A DNA stretch of 64,000 bases from an uncultured Cellvibrionaceae bacterium (GCA_964542655.1 CAZIWB010000010.1:137533-201532); one strand, 5' to 3'; numbered from the stretch's first letter, positions 35,933 through 46,339 are shown. The notes: generated from the sequence alone by a model not told the origin. Numbers and translations are program-made.

Positions 35933-36271
35933 ATATCGCTTATGTGCTTTCCGGTTAATATCTCGGCGCTGAATACTCATGCCCGCGCCCCAAATATCCA
36001 AGTAGAAATCATGCAATTCATCATCGCGAACCGTATCCTTGAAATTCGAATACGTAAGGTCTTCTGCGATATAATCCACCATGAATGCCGCGAATTCAGC
36101 GCGGGTAATCAGGATACGAAAGCGGTAGTCATGATTTTCCCATTCAAGGATATCTCGACCCGGAAAAGTATCCTCTAGCCATTCACGCTTGCGCGAACGG
36201 ACCATAAACATGTTCGTATCTTCCTTGCTCTGCACAACAGACACGAAACCAGTGTTAAAACAAATCCACAT
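35930..36271 (-). CDS. Hypothetical protein
   Basis: 113 aa ORF. Confidence 0.4.
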   Translation of the reverse strand: MWICFNTGFVSVVQSKEDTNMFMVRSRKREWLEDTFPGRDILEWENHDYRFRILITRAEFAAFMVDYIAEDLTYSNFKDTVRDDELHDFYLDIWGAGMSIQRRDINRKAHKRY

Positions 36272-36285
36272 AATATAATTCCTTT

Positions 36286-36312
36286 CAAAAGTTTAGAGGG
36301 GCAATCTTATAT
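36286..36312 (-). terminator. Hairpin terminator downstream of 36329..37072
   Basis: AGAGGGG-CAATCTTATATCA-CCCCTCT. Confidence 0.4.
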
Positions 36313-36328
36313 CACCCCTCTTGATTTG

Positions 36329-37072
36329 TCAATCTTTTTTATCTTCATATGAAGCGATTAGCTTCTTTTTTCTTTCATGAAAATTCTTGTGTAGCTCTTC
36401 CCAATTCTTCAATCCAGAGTGCTTAAAGAGATGATGGATATGTTTGTCATCAATCTTCTTAACGGCTTCTAGACCATGATGTTCTGCCTCTGGATGCTCT
36501 TTGAAGGCCTTATTAAAGAGATGAGAAGACTTATAGCCATGTTCACCCCTTAGGCTCTTCTTTTCGTCTATGTCGTGCCCGTAATCCTTATGGCCACCCT
36601 GTGCACGGAAATGGAATGCGCCGCCATGATCGATAGAATGAAGATCACCAGTTTTCTTATGGTGCATCACATTGCCTAGATCGTGTGGCCCTAGGATATC
36701 CCAATTCTTCGTTAGGATACCAGCATGATACATCTTTCCAAGCTGCTTGGCGTGCTTCTTAGAAATCTTATCAGTATGCTTACTGTTCACGCTTTCAAGG
36801 TGTTCATTCCACTTTGATTTAATATGCGTGCCACCATGCATTTCTGGCTTAACTGTTTTTATTCCCATGTGATGGTAAATCTTACCGGTTAGGGCTTCAG
36901 TCTTGGCTTGTTCTGGATTGTGGTACTTCTTCACATAGAATTTATGGCCCTTAGAGTTGGTGTGGATACCACCATCATTAGAGCCATATTGAGTACCTTC
37001 AACTGGTGTTAGCTTTTCTTCTGCTATGAAGTCTTTAAATTTTTTCATAACAGTATTTAGCTTTTCATTCAC
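36329..37072 (-). CDS. His-rich protein with a capsid-targeting-like N-terminus (third member of the family)
   Basis: N-terminus MKKFKDFIAEE (FIAE is identical to the T4 capsid-targeting cleavage context); very His-rich (about 35 His). Confidence 0.45.
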   Translation of the reverse strand: MNEKLNTVMKKFKDFIAEEKLTPVEGTQYGSNDGGIHTNSKGHKFYVKKYHNPEQAKTEALTGKIYHHMGIKTVKPEMHGGTHIKSKWNEHLESVNSKHTDKISKKHAKQLGKMYHAGILTKNWDILGPHDLGNVMHHKKTGDLHSIDHGGAFHFRAQGGHKDYGHDIDEKKSLRGEHGYKSSHLFNKAFKEHPEAEHHGLEAVKKIDDKHIHHLFKHSGLKNWEELHKNFHERKKKLIASYEDKKD

Positions 37073-37391
37073 ACGAATCGAGAATCATCCGCTTGTTAGG
37101 GCGATTCTTACGATTACGATACTTCATGCGGTTCCTACCAGCATAGCCATGGCCACGGGTGTTTTCTACTACAAAGTAACCCTGTGGTTTTACACCAATA
37201 ACACCTACAGGTACATCACCATAATAGTATTTACCGTGCCGATCCTTACATATAATAGGGACATCGCGCCAGATGGTGAAGCCATTATCTTCCATAACCA
37301 ATTCCTTAATAAGCTTGTGTGTATGGTTCCCGCAAGGTTCCATCACTGTTGATTTTGTGTACATGGGCAATGACAGATGTAACCCCATCAA
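37065..37391 (-). CDS. Hypothetical basic protein
   Basis: 108 aa ORF. Confidence 0.4.
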   Translation of the reverse strand: MMGLHLSLPMYTKSTVMEPCGNHTHKLIKELVMEDNGFTIWRDVPIICKDRHGKYYYGDVPVGVIGVKPQGYFVVENTRGHGYAGRNRMKYRNRKNRPNKRMILDSCE

Positions 37392-37527
37392 TATCAGTTA
37401 GGGTTGATTTCGAACCAACACTACCTGTTACCGCCGCATGAGCGATTTCATGAAGTGCATCTTGTTTGGTCTTTGCTTCAAGCACAAGCCAGCGCTGACC
37501 AAATTCTTCAATGATTTCGTTTTCCAT
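37306..37527 (-). CDS. Hypothetical protein
   Basis: 73 aa ORF. Confidence 0.35.
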   Translation of the reverse strand: MENEIIEEFGQRWLVLEAKTKQDALHEIAHAAVTGSVGSKSTLTDIDGVTSVIAHVHKINSDGTLREPYTQAY

Positions 37528-37585
37528 ATCTTCGCTCCATCAAAATGATGAAACTCTTTTATGATAAAAATAAAACCATGTCAAC

Positions 37586-37616
37586 AAAAAGAGGGGGATT
37601 TCTCCCCCTCTCATTT
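37586..37616 (-). terminator. Rho-independent terminator of the SPFH gene
   Basis: Minus strand: GAGAGGGGGAGAAATCCCCCTCTTTTTGTT. Confidence 0.6.
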
Positions 37617-37618
37617 CA

Positions 37619-38962
37619 TCACTTTTTCTTAGTAAGTGAATTTACGATGGCTTGGCCTTGTTCCGTTTGGGTAAAGGCTTCTACCATACCGGCTAGCTGC
37701 GTCCCGCCACTAGGGCTAAAGATCGAACCAATACCGCTTACACCTTCTGCAACAGTTCCGCCGTTGGCAATAACCTTAACATCTGCTTCCGCAATAGCCT
37801 TGGCCATTTCCTTACCAACTTCACCATTCGTCTTGATTTCTTCAAGCTTGACGAGATAGGTCTGGTAACCTTCATTCTCACCAATTTCCTTAGCAAGTGT
37901 AATCTGTGCATTAACAGGAGCGAGAAGGATAAGCTTTTCTGATTCAGCGTTAGCCTTACCGATTGCCTCAATACCTTCAGCATCCTTCTTAACCGCTTCA
38001 AGCTTACCTTCTGCTACCGTGATGGTAGTTTTCTTGTCAGTATCAGCGGCAATCACATTAACTGCCTGTTCCTGCTTAGCCTTAACTTCAGCAACTTCCT
38101 TAGCGATTTCTGCCTGCTTGGTTTCCTGAACACGACGAACCGCCATGTCCTTTTCTGTGGTAATGGCATTCTGGATAAGAACTTCCTGATCAGAACGTTC
38201 CTTGGCAATACCAACTTCCTTGTCCTTTTCAGCGTTGCGAATGCCTACCTGCTGTTCTGCCTGTGTGCGGCTAAGTGCAACATCTCGGCTTGCCTCAATT
38301 TCCTTCATTTCAGCAACACGGTTGTTTTCCGCAACCTTTTCGCGGCTTTCCTTATCAATACGTGACTGTTCCTTAGCCATGATATTGCGGATAACACGGG
38401 AATCATTACTATCGTTAAGGTTCATGAATTCAATCGTCTTGGCAGTCTTAACACCCCATTCCGAAAGCTGTTCATCAACTTCGTTGGTAAATTCTTCACC
38501 AAGCTTAGCACGATCCTGCATAATGTTTTCAAGTTCGTTGGTGCCAAGGATACGACGAACCGCGCCTTGAAGAACGTTTGAAAGCTGTTCCTGAAGTTCT
38601 GTGAAATTGCTTACCCGTTCCGCTGCCTGATTGGGATCATGGATACGGAAGAATGCCGCGATATCTACCACAAAAGGAAGACGGCCCTTATCGTATGCCT
38701 CATAGTTTTTCAGATTGATATCAAAGATGCTAAGCGGATATGAAACATGTTCGATGCCAAACTTAGGAACCCAAGACGGGATTGCGTAATAAACGTTGCC
38801 ATTAGTCGCACCAGAACCATAAGAAACTTTCTTATTAGCATACTGGACGATGTGTACCTGATTGGTAGGAACAACCCTACGCCAGACAAAGGCCAGTAGA
38901 AGAGGGAGAATAGCAAAACAAAATACGGCCAGTGCCGCAAATCCAATAATCATCATATTCAT
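37619..38962 (-). CDS. SPFH/band-7 (flotillin-like) membrane protein
   Basis: N-terminal TM segment, SPFH-like core (PLSIFDINLKNYEAYDKGRLPFVVDIAAFFRI...) and a long Ala/Glu/Lys-rich coiled coil. Confidence 0.6.
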   Translation of the reverse strand: MNMMIIGFAALAVFCFAILPLLLAFVWRRVVPTNQVHIVQYANKKVSYGSGATNGNVYYAIPSWVPKFGIEHVSYPLSIFDINLKNYEAYDKGRLPFVVDIAAFFRIHDPNQAAERVSNFTELQEQLSNVLQGAVRRILGTNELENIMQDRAKLGEEFTNEVDEQLSEWGVKTAKTIEFMNLNDSNDSRVIRNIMAKEQSRIDKESREKVAENNRVAEMKEIEASRDVALSRTQAEQQVGIRNAEKDKEVGIAKERSDQEVLIQNAITTEKDMAVRRVQETKQAEIAKEVAEVKAKQEQAVNVIAADTDKKTTITVAEGKLEAVKKDAEGIEAIGKANAESEKLILLAPVNAQITLAKEIGENEGYQTYLVKLEEIKTNGEVGKEMAKAIAEADVKVIANGGTVAEGVSGIGSIFSPSGGTQLAGMVEAFTQTEQGQAIVNSLTKKK

Positions 38963-38971
38963 ATTATAATA

Positions 38972-39259
38972 TTACTCCTTTAGGTTTTTAATCATATAGT
39001 GGGCAGCACGACACGAATCCGTTCGCATAATTCTCATGTAACCCTCCATAAATTCATCATATTCATGTGGCAGCATGGCGCAAGACGTACCATTCTGTTC
39101 TTCCCATTCGGCAATGTATTTTACTAAATTTTGAATATGATAATAAGCTTCTACGATTTCTCTTGCATTTTCTAGTGATTTTTTGTATGCTGGAAGTTTT
39201 TCCAAAGCATCACTGATATCGTCTACAATACGATTTCTATCAAGCCTGTGTAACGTCAT
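38972..39259 (-). CDS. Hypothetical protein
   Basis: 95 aa ORF. Confidence 0.4.
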   Translation of the reverse strand: MTLHRLDRNRIVDDISDALEKLPAYKKSLENAREIVEAYYHIQNLVKYIAEWEEQNGTSCAMLPHEYDEFMEGYMRIMRTDSCRAAHYMIKNLKE

Positions 39260-39438
39260 GGCGCTATAACCTGTGATCCATCTGGAATCGCTTTAAGGGC
39301 ATAACCATACCACCTAGACCGTTCCCCGTTAATGAGATATTCGGCATAATAAGCAAATTCTATATGGTTACCAATCCGGTTTTCATATCGAAAAATTCGC
39401 CTATCAAGACCGGGCGTTTCTTGTTCAAGATAATACAT
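39256..39438 (-). CDS. Hypothetical protein
   Basis: 60 aa ORF. Confidence 0.3.
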   Translation of the reverse strand: MYYLEQETPGLDRRIFRYENRIGNHIEFAYYAEYLINGERSRWYGYALKAIPDGSQVIAP

Positions 39439-39446
39439 GAAATGGT

Positions 39447-39466
39447 GGAGGGGATTTCTCCCCTCC
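39447..39466 (-). promoter_or_regulatory. Intergenic GC-rich hairpin (attenuator/terminator-like)
   Basis: GGAGGGGATTTCTCCCCTCC between 39474..40430 and 39256..39438. Confidence 0.35.
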
Positions 39467-39473
39467 CTGTCCC

Positions 39474-40430
39474 TTAGGAAGCCATTTCCAAGGCCACTTC
39501 AAGGGCATTCTGGTTAGTGCGGCTACCAGCACCGTACCAGTTAGAGGCAAGGCGGGTATCCGCGCTACGGCCCACAACATGGTTAGTCATGAACGTTACA
39601 GTGTTGTAAAGCTGCCAGAACGTTCCTTCGCCCATTTCTGCCCCCGGCTGGATATCCATCAGGCTCTTAGCGATTTCTGCATTCCGCGATGCTTCCTTTT
39701 CACGAACGTTAGAGGTAAGGGGGAAGATGCGGTTGAAATATTCAACAATATCTTCATCCTTGTAACGCCTTTGCGTAAGAAATTCAGCTTGATCCTTATA
39801 GGTGGCCAGCTTGAACTTTGCAATGCCAAGGGCTTCCTTCACCATATCAGGATCAAAATCGCGGCGATGGTTCACCTTCACGAAGTTCTTAGACTTCTGA
39901 TTAAGTGCCATCGTGATAGTGTTGTTGCAGACAACCCGGATAGGAGTCATACGAACGTCAATGGACTGTCCATAACGATGCGGGTTGGTGAAGTTAAGGA
40001 ACATATCAACCTTATCCTTACCACCGCAAACTTCAAACGATTCGTTAACCCGTGCCAGTGCCCAAACAATCTGGCCACCACGAAGCGAACCGGCAACTTC
40101 CATGTTCATATCGCCGCTGGCAACAAAATCATTGAAGAAATCAAATGCGTCTGCATTCTGGTAGGGCTTCCAATCGCTGGAAATGATGTCAAGCACCTTG
40201 TTATCAGTGGAGCGGATGAGGGCCGAACGATCAACTTCCACCAGCTTTCCGCCGATTTCAGCGAAGCAAGGGGTTGCGTTGACTTCCCAATCAAGACCCG
40301 CTGCCTTGAGAATTTGTGCGGGTGCAAGATCGTGAGGTACTTCAGTACCAAGACCATGCCAAGGCTTTTCACCAGCCCATGCGATAGAGGCCTTACCTTC
40401 AACCATTTCGATCATGTGACATTCGTTCAT
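39474..40430 (-). CDS. DUF932/TIGR03299-like phage-plasmid protein (tentative)
   Basis: 318 aa; N-terminal block EKPWHGLGTEV, recalled as the family hallmark. Confidence 0.4.
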   Translation of the reverse strand: MNECHMIEMVEGKASIAWAGEKPWHGLGTEVPHDLAPAQILKAAGLDWEVNATPCFAEIGGKLVEVDRSALIRSTDNKVLDIISSDWKPYQNADAFDFFNDFVASGDMNMEVAGSLRGGQIVWALARVNESFEVCGGKDKVDMFLNFTNPHRYGQSIDVRMTPIRVVCNNTITMALNQKSKNFVKVNHRRDFDPDMVKEALGIAKFKLATYKDQAEFLTQRRYKDEDIVEYFNRIFPLTSNVREKEASRNAEIAKSLMDIQPGAEMGEGTFWQLYNTVTFMTNHVVGRSADTRLASNWYGAGSRTNQNALEVALEMAS

Positions 40431-40498
40431 AACAATTACTCCGTTTGCTTGTTGATGAGGTACTTCTAAACGATTTCAAAATTGGTGTCAACACATTT

Positions 40499-41029
40499 TT
40501 ACGAAAAAATTTTCTTTCCTGCAAAATGTTCTGCCAAGAGGTATTCGCCTGTGCGATTGACGCGGAAAATATGGCCGCTCTGGATTTTATTATGCTTCTG
40601 TGCGGTAGTCTGGATCGTCACACCGCTAGGGGTTGTGTACAAATAGCGATGGATGGTGCGCTTACGTGCACGGGTAAGCTTATAGGTGTGGCAGCGTTCA
40701 CCAGAACCACCAAGCATACGTGTAGCAGCCTTCCAATTCTTGTTGTGACCCTTAATGCCATACTTAATAGTCTTGAAGCCAACCAGATGCGCAACTTCAT
40801 GGGGAATGGTGTCTTTAATCATATCTTCAGTATATTTTTCTACTGCTTCAGGATTAAAAGAAAGACCATACACCCCATTTTGATAATACGCATATGCCGA
40901 AGCCTGACCCTTCGCAGTGAAATCAATTACAACATCACCCATATCAATGCCAAATTTTTCCGCTGCAAGTTCAAGGCACTTGTAAACAGCGGTCATAAAA
41001 TCAACTTTCTGGTCATGGGTCAGTGTCAT
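40499..41029 (-). CDS. SprT-like zinc metalloprotease
   Basis: HEVAHL (HExxH) plus a C-terminal Cys/His cluster. Confidence 0.55.
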   Translation of the reverse strand: MTLTHDQKVDFMTAVYKCLELAAEKFGIDMGDVVIDFTAKGQASAYAYYQNGVYGLSFNPEAVEKYTEDMIKDTIPHEVAHLVGFKTIKYGIKGHNKNWKAATRMLGGSGERCHTYKLTRARKRTIHRYLYTTPSGVTIQTTAQKHNKIQSGHIFRVNRTGEYLLAEHFAGKKIFS

Positions 41030-41183
41030 AATTCAATCTCCATTCGTTATGCCACCCTTATAGATGTTCATATTTAATCCGTCAACATCAAATTTGAAAA
41101 AATTTCAAAAAATATGAAAGGAGCGAAACGCTAAATATTAGTAATAAAATGTCAAAACATATCAATATAAGGGAGAATAATTT

Positions 41184-43481
41184 ATGGCAATCCAAGTAAG
41201 TCCCGGTATTGTGGCGAATGAGGTTGATCTAACAACCACAATCCCTGCAATGTCCACAACAGAAGGTGCTATTGCTGGTGTATTTAATTGGGGACCAATT
41301 GGAAAATATACCCTAGTAGATTCTGAAATCAGCCTAGCAAAAGCTTATGGTACCCCAAATGATGGGAACTATGAGACATTTTTCGCTGGCGCAAACTTCC
41401 TAGGGTACGGTAATGCGTTATACGTGTCAAGAGCGGCAGTGACTACAGGCAAATCCGTTACATTTTCTACAACTCTATCAGGAAACACTACTTTAACCAC
41501 AAGCAACACGGCAACTACGGTTGTTCCGGGTATGGCTGTTTATGGTAATGGTATTGAGCCTAACACCACAGTAACCAATGTTACTGCAAATAGCTCTGTA
41601 AGCACAATTATTCTTTCAAATGCTGCTTCTGCTACTGGTACAGAAAATATCAACTTCTTTGAGGCTGATTATTCCTTCAACGCTATTGCTAACAGCACAA
41701 ACGTTGTGGATAGAGCAAAAAACATCATCCGCAATGCAGACGAAATTGAAGATTTCGATGGTTCGCCGGGTGTTGAATTTGTTGCTAAGTATCCGGGTGA
41801 ATTTGGTAACTCACTAAGAGTTTCTGTGTGTGGTTCTGATCAACAGTTTGCTTCTTTTGTAAATCCATATGCACTGGTTGTCAACTCTTCAGTTCAAACA
41901 AACACATCAGTAATCCCTAGCAAAGCTGGTATCTCAATTGAAGTTAATGCTACTACAGCTAACGTTTTTATTGCTAACTCTGCTACGCTTCCTTTCTCTG
42001 ACACATATATCGTGGCAGGCGAAATTAAATCTAGCATCTCTACGGGTGACTATATCGTAGTTGGTAACAACACCATTGGCCGTCAATCTCTGAAGGTTAA
42101 GAGTGTGTCTGCGCTTGCTAACACCAACCCGCTATCTCCTACAGGTGAAATATATTTCAATATTGAATTTGATCAGCCTTACAAGCTTTCTACTGCATTC
42201 TCTTCTAATCTAATCAATAGAACATGGGAATTCAATAACGTTCTAGCAACGGCACCGGGCACTTCAGATGAAGTTATTAATGCAGGCAGCAATGTGTGTG
42301 ACCAGATCAGTGTTGTTGTGGTTGACGAAAAGGGCGCATTTAGCGGTACACCGGGCACAATTCTAGAAGCATATTCTAATCTATCCAGAGTACCAAACGC
42401 TAAGACACCAGATGGTGAATCTAACTACTTCAAGAGCGTGATTAATAACAGATCACCTTACATTTGGGCAGTTAATGACCTACCTGATATGCCTAGCGCA
42501 AATGCTTCCACAGTTGCAAATGTAACTACAGATGCACCATACTCTAAATCTTTCGTTGGTGGTACTACCGGTTCTACTGAATCGTCAATTTCCATGGGCG
42601 AACTAGCTGCTGCATACGATCTATTTAAAGATGATACTTCAGTTGACGTTTCCCTAATTATTACTGGTAAGGCTATCGGTTTCGATGGTGCACAGTCGGT
42701 AAATTACCTTGTGGATAACGTTTCCGAAATCAGAAAAGATTGTGTTGTATTCGCATCACCGCCAAGAAATGCAGTTGTTAATAACAAGGGCAACGAGGCA
42801 CAGGACATTAAAATTTGGAGAGGAAACCTACGTGCTTCTTCTTATCTGTTCCTAGATTCTGGTTATAAATACCAGTATGACAAGTACAATGATGTTTATC
42901 GTTGGGTACCTCTAAATGGCGATATCGCTGGTCTAACAGCTAGAACAGACGATACAAACGATCCATGGTTTTCACCGGCTGGTTTTAATAGAGGCCAGAT
43001 CAAGAATATCATTAAGCTATCTTGGAATCCAAATCAGGCAGATAGAGACATTCTGTATAAGGATGACATCAATCCAGTTGTTACGTTCCCCGGTTCTGGC
43101 ACTGTTCTATACGGTGATAAAACCGCACTTGGTAAAGCAAGCGCATTTAGCAGAATTGGTGTTAGAAGACTATTCATCATTCTTAGAAAGACAATTTCTA
43201 GGGCTGGTAGAAATATGTTGTTCGAATTCAACGATGATTTCACCAGATCACAGTTCAAGAATCTCGTAGAGCCTTATCTAAGAGATGTAATGGGCAGAAG
43301 GGGTATCACCGATTTCCTAGTTGTGTGCGACGAAACAAACAACACACAGGAAGTTATCGATAGCAACAGATTTATTGGTGACATTTATGTTCGTCCAAAT
43401 AGATCAATCAACTTCATTACATTGAACTTCGTAAGCGTAAGAAGCGGTCAAGAGTTCACCGAAGTAGTAGGCCAATTCTAA
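41184..43481 (+). CDS. g18: Tail sheath protein (T4 gp18 family)
   Basis: 765 aa; N-terminal AIQVSPGIVANEVDLT and C-terminal conserved sheath blocks; followed by g19 and g20 in the T4 order. Confidence 0.8.
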   Translation: MAIQVSPGIVANEVDLTTTIPAMSTTEGAIAGVFNWGPIGKYTLVDSEISLAKAYGTPNDGNYETFFAGANFLGYGNALYVSRAAVTTGKSVTFSTTLSGNTTLTTSNTATTVVPGMAVYGNGIEPNTTVTNVTANSSVSTIILSNAASATGTENINFFEADYSFNAIANSTNVVDRAKNIIRNADEIEDFDGSPGVEFVAKYPGEFGNSLRVSVCGSDQQFASFVNPYALVVNSSVQTNTSVIPSKAGISIEVNATTANVFIANSATLPFSDTYIVAGEIKSSISTGDYIVVGNNTIGRQSLKVKSVSALANTNPLSPTGEIYFNIEFDQPYKLSTAFSSNLINRTWEFNNVLATAPGTSDEVINAGSNVCDQISVVVVDEKGAFSGTPGTILEAYSNLSRVPNAKTPDGESNYFKSVINNRSPYIWAVNDLPDMPSANASTVANVTTDAPYSKSFVGGTTGSTESSISMGELAAAYDLFKDDTSVDVSLIITGKAIGFDGAQSVNYLVDNVSEIRKDCVVFASPPRNAVVNNKGNEAQDIKIWRGNLRASSYLFLDSGYKYQYDKYNDVYRWVPLNGDIAGLTARTDDTNDPWFSPAGFNRGQIKNIIKLSWNPNQADRDILYKDDINPVVTFPGSGTVLYGDKTALGKASAFSRIGVRRLFIILRKTISRAGRNMLFEFNDDFTRSQFKNLVEPYLRDVMGRRGITDFLVVCDETNNTQEVIDSNRFIGDIYVRPNRSINFITLNFVSVRSGQEFTEVVGQF

Positions 43482-43496
43482 TAGGAGTTTATAGAA

Positions 43497-44033
43497 ATGA
43501 CTTTTAACGTAAATAATATCAAGAGCCAAATTACAGGTGAACTAGCTAGGCAGAATCTATTTCAGGTTCGCCTAGCGAACCCTGCGAACGCTTCGGCGGA
43601 CCTTAAGGCTCCATTCCAAATTCAAGCGGCATCTCTACCTGCATCCAATATAGGGACCATCCAAGTCCCTTACATGGGTAGATTCATTAAACTTGCTGGT
43701 AACAGAACCTTTGATTCTTGGGCTGTTACCATCATGAATGACGAAGACTTTGCTGTTAAGAACGCCATTGAAGAATGGTCTAACAAGATCAACAAGCTTG
43801 AACAGAATACAAGAGAACTTTCACAATACAAATCTGATGCTGAAGTTGTACAGCTAAGTAAGACAGGAAAGGTTCTAAGAACTTACAAATTTGTAGGTCT
43901 ATGGCCTAGCAGTGTTTCATCTATTGAACTTGGATGGGACCAAAATGATACTTACGAAGTCTTCCAAGTTGAATTCCAATATGATTACTGGATTGTTTCT
44001 GGTGGTACTACTGGAAACGCTGGCGGATTCTAA
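43497..44033 (+). CDS. g19: Tail tube protein (gp19-like)
   Basis: 178 aa, directly after the sheath gene. Confidence 0.65.
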   Translation: MTFNVNNIKSQITGELARQNLFQVRLANPANASADLKAPFQIQAASLPASNIGTIQVPYMGRFIKLAGNRTFDSWAVTIMNDEDFAVKNAIEEWSNKINKLEQNTRELSQYKSDAEVVQLSKTGKVLRTYKFVGLWPSSVSSIELGWDQNDTYEVFQVEFQYDYWIVSGGTTGNAGGF

Positions 44034-44058
44034 TATTATTTAATTTTGGAGAATTATT

Positions 44059-45675
44059 TTGGCACAACTTTTTGGTTTTGAATTTGGTAAGAGTAAGGAA
44101 GAAGAGAAGGCTAAAATTGCGTCGTTTGTCCCTAAAGAGGATGATGACGGCGCAGTTTTAGTACAAGGTTCTGGTGTATATGGCACCTACGTAGACTTTG
44201 ATGGTTCAATTAGGTCTGAAGCAGAACTAGTATCTAAGTACAGGGAAGTTTCTAATCACCCTGAAGTTGATATGGCGATTGATGACATCGTTAACGAGAT
44301 GATCACACAGGAACCAGAAGATTCCCCTGTAGAAATTATTCTTGATAAAGTAGAACAGTCAGACAAGGTTAAAAAGCTTATCATTGAAGAATTTGACAAC
44401 GTTCAAAGACTTTTGGAGTTCCACACACTTTCTTATGAAATCGTAAGAAGGTGGTATGTGGATGGTAGGCTTTATTACCATGCGGTGACGGACGAAGCTA
44501 ACCCTAAGCGTGGAATTATAGAACTTCGTTATATCGATCCTAGAAAAATTAGAAAAATCAAGGAAATTAAGAAAGAAAAGCTTGCTGGCGCAATTGATAT
44601 TAATGTGCCCGTGTCTGAATATTTCATTTACAACGAAAGAGGATTTGCAAAAACATCTGGTACTGCTGCAACCCCAACAAACAATAATGTTGGTGGTATT
44701 AAAATTGCGAAAGATTCCATCGTACATTGTACGTCTGGTCTGGTTTCGGATAACGGTGATCTTGTAAAGGGCTATCTACACAAAGCCATGAAGCCGCTTA
44801 ATCAGTTGCGTTCCATGGAAGATTCTCTTGTGATTTACAGAATTTCTAGAGCGCCGGAAAGACGTATTTTCTACATTGACGTTGGTAACCTACCGAAATC
44901 AAAAGCAGAACAATATGTGCGCGACCTACAGATAAGATTTAAAAACAAGCTGGTCTACGATTCAGCCAGTGGTGAAATCCGCGATGATCGTAAATTTATG
45001 ACCATGCTTGAAGATTTCTGGCTTCCCCGTTCTGGTGGTGGTCGTGGTACTGAAATCACTACTCTACCGGGTGGACAAAACCTATCAGAATTAGATGACG
45101 TGGTTTATTTCCAAAGGAAGCTATATAAATCTCTTAACGTTCCTATCACTCGCCTAGAGCCTGAAACAACATATTCCCTAGGTAGAGCAACAGAAATCAC
45201 AAGAGACGAAGTTAAATTTGCCAAGTTCATCAACAGACTAAGAAATAAATTTTCAGCACTGTTCCTTTCTATCCTAGAAAAGCAATTGGTGTTGAAAAAT
45301 ATTATGTCTCTTGAAGATTGGGAAGAAATTAAACACAACGTTCGTTTCCAATATGCCGAAGACAACTATTACGCAGAACTTAAGGAAACAGAAATCCTTA
45401 GAGATAGAGTTTCTATGCTTCGTGATATGGATGATTATATCGGCAAATACTGGTCGCACGAAAATGTTAGAAGAAACATTCTTAAGCAGAGTGACGAAGA
45501 CATAGAGGAAAACGATAAGCAGATTGCGGAAGAAAAGGATGATCCACAGTTCAACCCGCCACTTGATCCTAATATGGATGGTGGTCCGGGTGGTATGGAT
45601 CAAAATGATGACGGTCAAGCAGATTTTAACCCAAATCCACAACCGCTAGATAGCAATCCTCCACAACCTAAATAA
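44059..45675 (+). CDS. g20: Portal vertex protein (gp20 family)
   Basis: 538 aa; position between the tube gene and the prohead core/protease genes; acidic, Pro-rich C-terminus. Confidence 0.8.
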   Translation: MAQLFGFEFGKSKEEEKAKIASFVPKEDDDGAVLVQGSGVYGTYVDFDGSIRSEAELVSKYREVSNHPEVDMAIDDIVNEMITQEPEDSPVEIILDKVEQSDKVKKLIIEEFDNVQRLLEFHTLSYEIVRRWYVDGRLYYHAVTDEANPKRGIIELRYIDPRKIRKIKEIKKEKLAGAIDINVPVSEYFIYNERGFAKTSGTAATPTNNNVGGIKIAKDSIVHCTSGLVSDNGDLVKGYLHKAMKPLNQLRSMEDSLVIYRISRAPERRIFYIDVGNLPKSKAEQYVRDLQIRFKNKLVYDSASGEIRDDRKFMTMLEDFWLPRSGGGRGTEITTLPGGQNLSELDDVVYFQRKLYKSLNVPITRLEPETTYSLGRATEITRDEVKFAKFINRLRNKFSALFLSILEKQLVLKNIMSLEDWEEIKHNVRFQYAEDNYYAELKETEILRDRVSMLRDMDDYIGKYWSHENVRRNILKQSDEDIEENDKQIAEEKDDPQFNPPLDPNMDGGPGGMDQNDDGQADFNPNPQPLDSNPPQPK

Positions 45676-45704
45676 AATAAATATAATATAAAAGGAAAAC
45701 AACA

Positions 45705-46328
45705 ATGTCAACACCAAAAACTCTATTAGAATCGGTTATTGCAAAAGACCCTATCGCTTTCAACGAGGCTTTCCAATCGATCATTAGTGAAAAGATTGTA
45801 GATGCTCTTGAAGAAAGAAAGATTGAAATCGCACGTGCCCTATATTCGAATGAAGAAGCTGATGTAGTTTCTGAAGACGTAGAAGATTTGGGTGAAGAGA
45901 TTGATACTGAAATCGATCTAGACGAACTAGACGAAGCGGTTGATCCAGTTGCGGCAAGAGAATTTCTTGAAAAGCATGGTCTTAGAAACAAGAATTTCTT
46001 CTCTCTTAACACCGATCAGGTAGGTAAGATTGTCGATCATGGCAAGCAATCCAAGTACAGAAAATCATCTAGCGCTCCGGGTTCTTATGGCAGAATGTAT
46101 CACGGCCATTTAAATCGTCTAGCCGACAAGGCAGACAGAATGAAGGCCGAAACTGCTAAGAAATACGGTATCAAAGAAGAATTAGAGAAAGAAACTATTA
46201 AGCACCCCGTTGGGCAAAGACCAAAGGGCGCTGGTTGGGTATTAAAACAGGCAGGAGAACAGACAGGAAAAGATCATTCTGTTTGGGAAAGAAAAGTCAA
46301 AAGAATCGGCAAACCGGAAACAGAATAA
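45705..46328 (+). CDS. Prohead core / internal head protein candidate (gp67/gp68 position)
   Basis: 207 aa acidic-then-basic protein between the portal and protease genes. Confidence 0.35.
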   Translation: MSTPKTLLESVIAKDPIAFNEAFQSIISEKIVDALEERKIEIARALYSNEEADVVSEDVEDLGEEIDTEIDLDELDEAVDPVAAREFLEKHGLRNKNFFSLNTDQVGKIVDHGKQSKYRKSSSAPGSYGRMYHGHLNRLADKADRMKAETAKKYGIKEELEKETIKHPVGQRPKGAGWVLKQAGEQTGKDHSVWERKVKRIGKPETE

Positions 46329-46339
46329 GGTAGGGCAAC

